A DNA stretch of 64,000 bases, taken from assembly GCA_041601615.1 (NCBI GenBank), contig JBFIHX010000003.1, forward strand, positions 160,001-224,000. The letters run 5' to 3'. Shown here in pieces: positions 1 through 8,451 of the stretch. The stretch is from Thermoplasmatota archaeon (GTDB lineage Archaea; Thermoplasmatota; E2; JACPAO01; JAHFTW01). Every line of letters begins with the position of its first letter. Positions within the stretch are counted from its first letter, which is position 1. The notes beneath the pieces were generated by a model. That model did no database searches. It saw only the letters and a list, made by a program, of their open reading frames with translations, and was not told the origin of the DNA. The translations under genes and the position numbers were made by a program.

Positions 1-556
1 GTGCGAGTTTGCCGGCTTGAATCGCCACGGGTCCGCCCGAATCGCCAGGGGTCACGGGGAATTGGCAGTAGTGCTGGGCACCGTCGTTGTAGGTGAGGGC
101 TCCAAAGCGGCCTTCACGAGTAGCGGCGGCGTAGCGGTAGCCGGTTCCGTAGCCACTGAATTGGCACACGTCGTCTAGGATCGTGGTGTCGGCTGTGGTG
201 GCAACACCCTGGGGGTAGCCGGGGTTGCCCTTCATTTCGCCGTCCACGTCGCCCGTGCGGTTGGCGTAGACTTCGATGAGTACGAAATCCAGGCTTGCCG
301 ATTGCCATGCGACGGTTCCGAAGTTGGCGCTGGGGTCCTTGACGGTGTCTCCGACGCCGCTGACGCAGTGGGCCGCCGTGGTTCCGTACACTTTGCCGGT
401 GGATTCGTCATCGAAGATCCAGGCGAGGGTACACTGACCCGTGTTGGTCTGGATTTCGATTCCTGGTTGGATGGTGGCTCCCGCGGCACCAGCTACGGGG
501 CTACCCGTGCCGGCCACGAAGAGAACAAGCGTCACTGCGATGAGCATCGTGCGCAT
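1..556 (-). CDS. Secreted trypsin-like (S1/PA clan) serine protease, 3' end runs off the window
   Basis: Not in the ORF track. Manual translation from ATG 556: MRTMLIAVTLVLFVAG...QCTLAWIF...GTTAAHC...SLDFVLIE...PVTPGDSGGPV. Has a signal peptide plus TAAHC, D and GDSGGP catalytic-triad motifs; CTTAT motif ~26 bp upstream. Confidence 0.85.
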   Translation of the reverse strand, partial: MRTMLIAVTLVLFVAGTGSPVAGAAGATIQPGIEIQTNTGQCTLAWIFDDESTGKVYGTTAAHCVSGVGDTVKDPSANFGTVAWQSASLDFVLIEVYANRTGDVDGEMKGNPGYPQGVATTADTTILDDVCQFSGYGTGYRYAAATREGRFGALTYNDGAQHYCQFPVTPGDSGGPVAIQAGKLA

Positions 557-679
557 GTGGGGCCGATGCAACTCGCTCGAAATAAGCAGTGTAGCGGCGG
601 ACCCAATCTGATGAGGAAGGAAAGGGAGAGAACCGGCCGGGAAAGTATGGCCGGGGACGAGGTTTGCTTCAGGCCGGGA

Positions 680-2098
680 TCAAGCGATGCCGAAACCGTG
701 CTTCAACTCGTGCCAGAGCATGTTCCATCCGGCGTCATCGGCCCAGAATTCGAGGTTGCCCTCGGCGTCCTGGCCCCATAGGCCTCCGAAGAAGAACACT
801 ACGAGAATCGCCACGGGCGTGATGGTGCGCATCAACCAAACGAAGTAGATCCCGACGCGACTCTTGAGGCCCGAGTCCAGTTCCTTGCCGACGCCCTTGG
901 CCATCCACCCTGCAAAGAAGGTGGTGAACGCCACACCGACGACGATGAAGACGTTGATGGCGATCTCGTCGTACAAGGTGAGCCAGGTTTCGTTGACGGC
1001 GGCAAGCACACCAAAGGTGTAGGTGACAAGGCCGACGGTGACGGCGCTCTTCCAGCGTGGCAAGCCCATGTTGTCGATGAGGACCGCCACCGGGACCTCT
1101 AGGAGGCTGATGGCGCTGCTGAGCGCTGCAAAGAACAGGCCCAAGAAGAACACGGTGCCGACGACGCGGCCCAGCACGTCGCCCATTTGCACGAATGCGT
1201 TGGGCAGGGCGATGAAGGCGGTGCCGAAGCTGCCGCCAAGAGCGCCTTGAATCGCGGGGTCGGTGCTGGTGAGCAAGCCGGTGAAGGCGAGGACCGGGAA
1301 GATCATCATGCCAGCTAGGACCGCGACGCCGGTGTCGGCGAAGGCGATGATGGTGCCGTTCTTGGCAACACTTTGCTTCTTGTCCATGTAGCTGGCGTAG
1401 GTGAGCATCGCTCCTTGACCAAGGCTCAGCGAGAAGAACACCTGGCCCGTCGCGGCGGCGATGTTGTTGGGGCTGAGTTCGCCAAAGTCCGGCTTGAAGA
1501 TCTCGCGGTAGCCATCAATGGCGCCGGGTTGGAACGCGGCGTAGATGGCGATGCCGGCGACGATGGCAAACAACGCGGGCATGATGATCATGTTGACGCG
1601 TTCGATGCCGCCGCTGACGCCACGACTGACCACGTAGACGGTGATCACGGTGACGACGAGGTGCCAGAAGATGGACCAGGGGCCGTAGGCGATTTGGTTG
1701 TAGTACCCGGAGGGGTCGTCGAACCAGGCGCCGGTGAAGCCGGTGAAGAAGTAGCGCAGGGTCCAGCCGGCGATGACCGTGTAAAAGAACAACACGAACA
1801 TGGCCGCGAGGACGCCGAAGACGCCGAGGACGGCCCATTTGCGTCCGTTTGCGCCGCCCAGTTTGCGGAAGGCGTTGACGGGACTCATTTGGGTCATCTT
1901 GCCGAGGCTCATCTCACCAAGGATGGCGGGAAGGCCGACGAGCAAGAGGAGAATCAGGTAGACGAAGAGGAAAGCTGCGCCGCCGTTGCCCGCAAGTTCA
2001 CGGGGGAAGCGCACAAGGTTGCCAAGGCCGACGGCGGAACCGACGGCGGCCATGATGAAGCCAAAGCTGCTGTTCCAGCTGCCGCGTGCTCCGGCCAT
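680..2098 (-). CDS. Sodium-dependent transporter, NSS/SNF family
   Basis: GSAVGLGNLVRFP, GGAAFL and GQVFFSLSLGQG signature motifs; many TM helices. Confidence 0.95.
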   Translation of the reverse strand: MAGARGSWNSSFGFIMAAVGSAVGLGNLVRFPRELAGNGGAAFLFVYLILLLLVGLPAILGEMSLGKMTQMSPVNAFRKLGGANGRKWAVLGVFGVLAAMFVLFFYTVIAGWTLRYFFTGFTGAWFDDPSGYYNQIAYGPWSIFWHLVVTVITVYVVSRGVSGGIERVNMIIMPALFAIVAGIAIYAAFQPGAIDGYREIFKPDFGELSPNNIAAATGQVFFSLSLGQGAMLTYASYMDKKQSVAKNGTIIAFADTGVAVLAGMMIFPVLAFTGLLTSTDPAIQGALGGSFGTAFIALPNAFVQMGDVLGRVVGTVFFLGLFFAALSSAISLLEVPVAVLIDNMGLPRWKSAVTVGLVTYTFGVLAAVNETWLTLYDEIAINVFIVVGVAFTTFFAGWMAKGVGKELDSGLKSRVGIYFVWLMRTITPVAILVVFFFGGLWGQDAEGNLEFWADDAGWNMLWHELKHGFGIA

Positions 2099-2099
2099 G

Positions 2100-2693
2100 C
2101 TAGAGGTTCTCCAGCTCGGGGGTCGCGGCGGAGGCTGCGTACACGCTGAACGTTGGGGTCACGGTGGAAGTGAAACTGTAGCTGACCACACCCGGAATCG
2201 CTTGCAGCGGGTCGTTGGGCGTGCTCGCTGTGACGGTCACGGTGAGGGGGGTGGTCCATTCCATGGTCTCGTCGACGTTGTCGAGGTTGGCGACGCGGGC
2301 GGCCGGGGCGCTGGCCCAGGAGAACATGTCTACGGGCACGCTCATGGTGCCGCTGTTGGCGTTGGGCCCGATGCTCATGGTGCCGGTGTGGCGCATGCTC
2401 GTGCCGTTGGGGCCCGTGATGTCGATTTGAATCTGCGACGTGCCACCTTGGCCACTTTGGCCGGTGAAGTCTACGACTACGGCGAGCGAGGCGCCGGTTG
2501 CGTTGTTGGGGACGGCAAAGGAGAACGAGGCTCCATTGGCGCCGGTCTGGGACGCTGCGGTCATGTTGCTGGCCAAGAACACGATGTCTTGTTCCCCGGC
2601 CAAGTCTTCATAGAACACGACGCCCACCACCGTGGCAATCAGCGCTACCGCACCGACCACGGCGATGACTGCGTCCACCTTCTGCATTGCCAT
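2100..2693 (-). CDS. Hypothetical membrane-anchored/secreted beta-rich protein
   Basis: ORF 2100..3209 trimmed to ATG 2693 (MAMQKVDAVIAVVGAVALIATVVGVV, N-terminal TM). CCCTTATA motif ~27 bp upstream; ends 2 bp before the NSS gene. Confidence 0.7.
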   Translation of the reverse strand: MAMQKVDAVIAVVGAVALIATVVGVVFYEDLAGEQDIVFLASNMTAASQTGANGASFSFAVPNNATGASLAVVVDFTGQSGQGGTSQIQIDITGPNGTSMRHTGTMSIGPNANSGTMSVPVDMFSWASAPAARVANLDNVDETMEWTTPLTVTVTASTPNDPLQAIPGVVSYSFTSTVTPTFSVYAASAATPELENL

Positions 2694-2716
2694 CAGGCCA
2701 CGACCATGCTGAAGAA

Positions 2717-2726
2717 GGTATAAGGG
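2717..2726. promoter_or_regulatory. TATA-like box in the divergent region (CCCTTATA on minus, TATAAG on plus)
   Basis: GGTATAAGGG lies ~27 bp upstream of ATG 2693, the spacing seen at other genes in the window. Confidence 0.55.
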
Positions 2727-2741
2727 CAGCGGCGCCCGCGC

Positions 2742-4856
2742 TTGAGCGATGCGACGCGCAACGACCATACCCTCCGGCGGCTCTGGGGCTGTGTGTCGGT
2801 GTCGGTTCCGTACATCAAGGCTGAGCGAAGCTTGAAGGAGTTGACCCTCAAAGGTGTCCTTCTCGGTGTCTTTCTTTCGGTAATTCTGGGCGCTGCGAAC
2901 ACCTATCTTGGACTCAAGGTGGGCTTGACGGTGTCGGCCAGCATTCCGGCTGCCGTCGTGAGCATGGCGGTGCTGCGCGCCTTCCGCAACAGCAACATCC
3001 TCGAAAACAACGCCGTGCAGACTGCCGCAAGCGCTGGCGAGTCCCTGGCCGCGGGTGTCCTCTTCACCATTCCCGCCCTGCTGTTGCTTGGCTACTGGAC
3101 CGAAGTCCACTACATGGAAACCACCATCGTCGCCTTGCTTGGAGGTATCCTTGGTGTCCTGTTCACGGTCCCCTTGCGCCGTGCGCTCATCGTCGAGGCC
3201 GAGCTGCATTTTCCAGAAGGCGTCGCCACCTCTGAGGTGCTGAAATCCGGCGCCCCGGACGCCACGGCCGAAGCGGAACTTGCCCTAGGCCAAGACGAGG
3301 ATCATCCGCGCCTCAACCCCGGCGTCATCGCGCTCATTTTGGGTGCCGTGACGGGCCTCGTCTACAAATTCATGCAATCGGGCATGAAGATGTGGACCGA
3401 TACCGCTCAGTTTGCCGGCAAATTCCGAGGCCAAGGCATCTACGCCTTCGGCAGTGACCTGAGCCCAGCACTCCTGGGTGTCGGCTACATCGTCGGCCTG
3501 CGGATCGCCAGCCTTGTCTTTTTGGGCGGTGTCATTGGCTGGGCCATCGCGATTCCGATCTTCAGCGCCACCGCCGGTTCGACGCTGCTGAACCACCCCG
3601 ACCTTGGAACACTCGACTGGACAACACTTTCCGCCGGAGACGCCGCCGGCCTCATCTGGAGCACCCAAATCCGCTACCTGGGCGTCGGCGCCATGCTCGT
3701 GGGCGGCCTCTGGTCGCTCGTGAAACTTCGCAAGCCCTTGGGCCAAGCGCTCATGCAGGGCTTTTCGGCGGCTCGCAGCAACGATTTTGGCGAGGGCGAC
3801 GGGACTCCCGTGGAGGTGCCACGAACCGAGCGCGAATTCGGCATCGGACCCACCTTCCTTGGGGTACTGGGCATGGTGTTTCCTATCTTCGGCCTTTACT
3901 GGTACGTTACCGAGAGCATCGCCATCGCGGCCGTCATGGCGCTCCTGATGGTCGTGACGGGCTTCCTGTTCTCGGCCGTGGGCGCCTACATGGCCGGCAT
4001 CGTAGGCAGCAGCAACAACCCCATCAGCGGAGTCACGATTCTCACAGTGCTCGCCTCGGCCTTCACGCTCCGGTTCCTCGGCATCGACTCCACCATCGGC
4101 CCCGCCGCCACCATCCTCGTGGCCGCCGTCATCGCCTGTGCCGGCGCCATCGCCAGCGACAACATGCAGGACCTGAAGGCGGGCCACTTGTTGGGCTCCA
4201 CACCCCGCAAGCAGCAATTCATGCAAATCGTCGGTGTCAGCGCCGCCGCCCTCGTCGTGGCTCCCGTACTGCAAATTCTGCACAACGCCTACACCATCGG
4301 CAGCGCAGACCTAGCCGCTCCGCAAGCAAGCCTCATGCGGTTCGTTGCGGAGGCGATCTTCGGCACCGGCCCCGCCTTGCCGCAAGTGCTGATTCTGCTT
4401 GGCGCCCTTCTGGCGCTCGTGCTCATCATCACGGACGAGTTGTTGCAAAAGTTCGACGCGCCGTTCGGCACCCCGGTCATGCCGGTCGCAGTGGGCATCT
4501 ACCTGCCCGTGGGCCTCTCGGCGCCCATCTTCCTTGGCGGCCTGCTTGCATGGGCCTCTGCCTCCGCCTACAACCGCCGCGCGGGAAAGGAATCGCACGG
4601 ACGAGGAGCGACCTGGTGGGATACGGTCAGCACGCACGGCAACCGCATGGGCATCCTGTTTTCCAGCGGCCTCATCGCCGGTGAAGCACTCGTGGGCATC
4701 GCACTCGCAGCCATCATCGTCAGCGGCGGCGACGAGGCGATTGCCATCAGCGACCAAAGCCTCGTCTGGCCCGGCCTACTGATGTTCGGCTTTGTCCTGC
4801 TGCTGCTCGGCTACCTCTCGCGTCGCAGCGAATTCGAAGCCAAGAGCCAAATCTAG
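2742..4856 (+). CDS. OPT family oligopeptide transporter
   Basis: ELTLKG..., YLGLKVGLTVSASIPAAV, ENNAVQTAASAGES, FPEGVA, GSSNNPISG, DNMQDLKAGHLLG, APQA motifs. True start may be GTG 2793/2799. Confidence 0.95.
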   Translation: MSDATRNDHTLRRLWGCVSVSVPYIKAERSLKELTLKGVLLGVFLSVILGAANTYLGLKVGLTVSASIPAAVVSMAVLRAFRNSNILENNAVQTAASAGESLAAGVLFTIPALLLLGYWTEVHYMETTIVALLGGILGVLFTVPLRRALIVEAELHFPEGVATSEVLKSGAPDATAEAELALGQDEDHPRLNPGVIALILGAVTGLVYKFMQSGMKMWTDTAQFAGKFRGQGIYAFGSDLSPALLGVGYIVGLRIASLVFLGGVIGWAIAIPIFSATAGSTLLNHPDLGTLDWTTLSAGDAAGLIWSTQIRYLGVGAMLVGGLWSLVKLRKPLGQALMQGFSAARSNDFGEGDGTPVEVPRTEREFGIGPTFLGVLGMVFPIFGLYWYVTESIAIAAVMALLMVVTGFLFSAVGAYMAGIVGSSNNPISGVTILTVLASAFTLRFLGIDSTIGPAATILVAAVIACAGAIASDNMQDLKAGHLLGSTPRKQQFMQIVGVSAAALVVAPVLQILHNAYTIGSADLAAPQASLMRFVAEAIFGTGPALPQVLILLGALLALVLIITDELLQKFDAPFGTPVMPVAVGIYLPVGLSAPIFLGGLLAWASASAYNRRAGKESHGRGATWWDTVSTHGNRMGILFSSGLIAGEALVGIALAAIIVSGGDEAIAISDQSLVWPGLLMFGFVLLLLGYLSRRSEFEAKSQI

Positions 4857-4918
4857 ACAGAGCCAAGCGCTGGTCTGCTTCCCTTACCCTCTTCACCCAC
4901 CCCGGCCTCGCCGACTCC

Positions 4919-5251
4919 GTGTCCGAGCGGATTCCTGACGTGAGCGCCCGCATCGCCGAGCGTGCCGACGTGCCATGGAGCACCGCCGAGGACGGCCGCG
5001 TGCAGGTTCAGAAATCCAAATTCGGCCCCGCCGGCTCCAGGCTGTTGAAGGCGTTTCGAGTGCCGCCCGTGTTGACGGTGAAACTCGACGCCCTGGGCAG
5101 CGAACTCTGGACCCTGATGGACGGAAAACGCACCGTGGCAGACCTTCTCGCCGCATTGCACGAAACGCATCCGGATGAGGCGGACCTGCCGGCACGACTG
5201 GGCAAGTTCCTCTCGACCATGGTCAGCAACGACCTGGTGCAGTTGCGTTAG
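4919..5251 (+). CDS. Stand-alone PqqD-family (RRE-fold) protein
   Basis: VKLDALGSELWTLMDGKRTVADL...RLGKFLSTM..NDLV matches the PqqD pattern L(N/D)xxGxxIWxxxDGxxTVxxI. Confidence 0.8.
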   Translation: MSERIPDVSARIAERADVPWSTAEDGRVQVQKSKFGPAGSRLLKAFRVPPVLTVKLDALGSELWTLMDGKRTVADLLAALHETHPDEADLPARLGKFLSTMVSNDLVQLR

Positions 5252-5255
5252 GCGC

Positions 5256-5915
5256 TTATTCCTGTGCCGAGCCGCAGGTGCGGAACCAGGCGTGGATCTC
5301 AAACACGGCAAACGAGAAGCTGTTCGTGCGCGTATCCTTGTCCTTGTTGGGCTCGTGGTGCCAGATCAGCTGGATGCCTTCCGGCGCCGGCTCCGCTTCC
5401 GGTTGCGAAAGCACCACGCGGTACGAGGGGAAATCGCCGGCTTCGGAGGTCTTGTTCGTGCCGTCCTTGAAGTCCAGGATAGACGCGTACCGGCCCGTGG
5501 ACATATCCAAAAACAGCAGCGGTCGGCCACTCTCGCTTTGCACCGACAACCTGCTGTCCACATCCTGGGTGTAGATCAGATCAAAGGTGAACTCGTAGAA
5601 ATCCACGGGGTACTCGCCACGAAGCATGACGCCGCCCGGGCTGCCCGGAGTGATGGGGCGCGACACCGTGTCTTCCTTCGGCCAAGAGCCACTCCCTTCG
5701 GGGCCGCTTGTGTTGTTCCACATGTGGAAGGAGCGCGTGGAAAGAGCCGCCGGCTGCACGGATCGACCACTATCGTCCAGCGAAGTAAACAGCGTCCACG
5801 AAGGACACGAACCCACGAAGGGGTCCGGTGTGCCCGTGTCGTTGCCGCCGATACAACCGGCAAGCGCTAGACTCATCAAGAGCACGGAAAGAAACGACAC
5901 GAGGCGCGAGCGCAT
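5256..5915 (-). CDS. Hypothetical lipoprotein (paralog of 5992..6498)
   Basis: Lipobox LALAGC; CPSW near the N-terminus and WFRTCG near the C-terminus. Confidence 0.75.
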   Translation of the reverse strand: MRSRLVSFLSVLLMSLALAGCIGGNDTGTPDPFVGSCPSWTLFTSLDDSGRSVQPAALSTRSFHMWNNTSGPEGSGSWPKEDTVSRPITPGSPGGVMLRGEYPVDFYEFTFDLIYTQDVDSRLSVQSESGRPLLFLDMSTGRYASILDFKDGTNKTSEAGDFPSYRVVLSQPEAEPAPEGIQLIWHHEPNKDKDTRTNSFSFAVFEIHAWFRTCGSAQE

Positions 5916-5991
5916 ATGCGTTGATTCGGCGTCTCTGCTTTTGGGGGTTTTGGTCGTATCGGCGACGAGCTAGCTCCCGCACATCGAGGGA

Positions 5992-6498
5992 CTAGTCGGC
6001 CTTTTCGAGCACCGCACCACAGACCCGGTACCACGCGGACCCAGTCACTTGGACCTCGCCGGAACCTTCCATCATGAGCACAATGGCGCTCGGGTCCGGC
6101 GCCGTACCGTGCTGGATTGCCGTCAGATACACCGAGACCGTCGCCTGGCCGTCCACCACGAGGCTCGGGCGGCTGTCGGGTTCCTTCGCCAAGGCATCGC
6201 GCACCAGCAGCGACCGCCCCAGCTCCGTTTGCACGCGAATCGTCACCGGGTTCGCCGTTTCTACATCCAGGACGTACAAGTCCAACGGGAATCCATGGTG
6301 CGAGGCGACCAGCGAACCATTTTCGGCGCGCGGCGCCAGCAATAGTGAGCCATGCTGCTCCAGTGTGGCGTTGCCCGACACGGCGGGGCCCTCCATCCAC
6401 TGTGGGCACACATCAAACAACGGGTTGTCGGGCTTCTCCTCCTCGGCCACACATCCGGCAAACAGAACCATGACCAACAGGGAAACAAGCAGGCGCAC
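5992..6498 (-). CDS. Hypothetical lipoprotein (paralog of 5256..5915)
   Basis: Start GTG 6498 (VRLLVSLLVMVLFAGC lipobox); CTTTATG ~24 bp upstream; CPQW and WYRVCG motifs. Confidence 0.75.
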   Translation of the reverse strand: MRLLVSLLVMVLFAGCVAEEEKPDNPLFDVCPQWMEGPAVSGNATLEQHGSLLLAPRAENGSLVASHHGFPLDLYVLDVETANPVTIRVQTELGRSLLVRDALAKEPDSRPSLVVDGQATVSVYLTAIQHGTAPDPSAIVLMMEGSGEVQVTGSAWYRVCGAVLEKAD

Positions 6499-6619
6499 GA
6501 CCGTGGCACTCCAAGGGTCGTCATAAAGACCCGACAAGGGAGGCAGGCCACCCACCACGACCGCGCGGATTCGAAGGTCGTCCCACGCTCCCTTTTATTC
6601 CGTGCAAACACCTCGCCCC

Positions 6620-8377
6620 ATGGACCTTCCCGTTGCACCCCACACCTTCCTCCTCGCAGCACTCCTGCTCATCGTTCCCGTCGCCGTCGCCGAGAGCTAC
6701 ACCGACCCCACAGGCGACGTCCGGGCCCGCGCCTTGAACCAATGGGTGGACGAATCGCCCGGCTGGGACGGCGTCGATCTAACAACGCTCACGCTCACCG
6801 AAAACCCCAGCACCTTCCGATTCCAAGTGGACATGGTCGACCTCTCCACGAACGAAGGAGGCATCAAACACGACGCCTCCACCTACCTCATCACGTTCCA
6901 ACACGGTGGCAAACCCCACGCCGTCAGCATCGTGCGCAACATCCTCGAAGACGCATGGTACGGCAACCTCTACGAAGTCGACCCCGCCACCTCCAACGCA
7001 CGCTGGATTGGCCCCCTCGAAGGCGGTGGCTCCGACCAAGCCGCCATGGGCTGGGTGGAAGCACCACGCCACGCCTTCCTCGACGCCCAAGGAGCCCCAC
7101 CCGTCGCCGGCCACCTCCTCGAAGACCTACTCGTCACGGCCACCGCCCACACAGGAGGCATGGTCTGCTGCTTCAACCTCAACGACCTGAACCAAGGCAG
7201 CCTCATCCAAGCCCAAGACGAACTCACCGCCGGAGCATACACCATCCAATTTGGCGGTCAAGAAGGCAGCGGCGGCGCAAACCTGCGCTCCGTGCATCCA
7301 TTCCGCGCAAGCAACGGCGGCGCTACCACCCTCCAATTCGCCGTCGAAGCCTCGTTTGAAGGCGACCGCGACGGCCAAAACCGGTCCTTCGAGCTTCGCG
7401 CCGAAAACCTGCCCCCCGGCTGGAGCGTCACACTCCCCAAACACCTCACCCTCGCCCCCGGCGGCGTCGCGGACCTCGAAGTGCTCATCGAAGTGCCCTT
7501 CGTGCACCAACACGGCGGCTCCGACACAGTCGACATCGTCATGCAAGCCAACGACGACGGCCCCGAAGCAAGCGCCCGCCTCAGCCTCGGCCTTCACTAC
7601 CTCGACGTGCCCCAACCCAGCGGCCACCACCCGCGCCTCTGGCTGCACAGCATCGAACTAGGCGAATTCTCCGGCTCCGTCAACAGCGCCCTCGGAGGCG
7701 CCGGCGGCCGAATCTACATGAACGCACTCGAAAAAGACACAGGCGACGAAGCCGCAGACGTCCGCATGGCCCAATGGGGTATCGGCGGCACCCAATACCG
7801 CCTCTACGCCTGCCTAGAACCAAGCCTTCTGATGGGCATCGACATGGACATGGACAGCACCGGCCACATCGAACTCCCCGTCCGCAGCGAATTTCCCACC
7901 CAAGGCAGCCTCACCGGGCGCCTCATCCACCTCGCACCCGGACCCGAACTACGCTCCTGCTACCCCGGCAACTGGGGCGACCGCACCGCCACGGACCTCG
8001 CAACATTCGCCAGCAGCGCGGCAAGCATCGGAAGCACGGCCACCCTCCTAGAAGCACCCATCAAACCCCTGCCCGGCGGCGACCGAGTCCCCTACGCCGA
8101 CGGCGCCCAATTGGTGCTCGAACTCATCATCGACGCCGACGACGCCGGCCGCCTCCCCGGCAGCCTCACCGTCACCCCCGGAGGACGCCTCGACCTGCCC
8201 CTCATCGAATACCGCGACAGCCGACCCGCTGGACTCGTCGGCGAACCCGTACAGGCCATCGGCCCCAACGGCACAACTTTGCCCACCGAACCCACCGCAC
8301 GCGAAAGCCCCGGCGCCGGACCCGTCCTGCTCGTGGCCACCATCGCCACCGCCGCAGTGCTTCGTCGCCGCAAGTAG
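6620..8377 (+). CDS. Cell-surface protein, His-motif family member 1, ESPG/PGF-CTERM-like tail
   Basis: Signal peptide; YTDPTGDV DOMON-like start; PFVHQHG; QPSGHHPRLWLH; C-terminus ESPGAG-hydrophobic-RRRK; CCTTTTAT ~22 bp upstream. Confidence 0.85.
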   Translation: MDLPVAPHTFLLAALLLIVPVAVAESYTDPTGDVRARALNQWVDESPGWDGVDLTTLTLTENPSTFRFQVDMVDLSTNEGGIKHDASTYLITFQHGGKPHAVSIVRNILEDAWYGNLYEVDPATSNARWIGPLEGGGSDQAAMGWVEAPRHAFLDAQGAPPVAGHLLEDLLVTATAHTGGMVCCFNLNDLNQGSLIQAQDELTAGAYTIQFGGQEGSGGANLRSVHPFRASNGGATTLQFAVEASFEGDRDGQNRSFELRAENLPPGWSVTLPKHLTLAPGGVADLEVLIEVPFVHQHGGSDTVDIVMQANDDGPEASARLSLGLHYLDVPQPSGHHPRLWLHSIELGEFSGSVNSALGGAGGRIYMNALEKDTGDEAADVRMAQWGIGGTQYRLYACLEPSLLMGIDMDMDSTGHIELPVRSEFPTQGSLTGRLIHLAPGPELRSCYPGNWGDRTATDLATFASSAASIGSTATLLEAPIKPLPGGDRVPYADGAQLVLELIIDADDAGRLPGSLTVTPGGRLDLPLIEYRDSRPAGLVGEPVQAIGPNGTTLPTEPTARESPGAGPVLLVATIATAAVLRRRK

Positions 8378-8451
8378 CCACGCACGGCGCCCCAGCGGGA
8401 GCACCGCGCAGCCACCGCAACCCCTATCCCCCCTCATCCCCGCTTCCAGGC

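Noticed and set aside
4919-5251. PQQ or RiPP biosynthetic cluster
   Set aside because: No pqqA/B/C/E, radical SAM, YcaO or lanthipeptide enzyme, and no precursor near the PqqD-like gene.
7774-8451. N-terminal 226 aa of the 801-aa ORF
   Set aside because: Arg/Pro/His-rich off-frame overlap with the upstream gene; the real protein starts at the signal peptide (GTG 8452).
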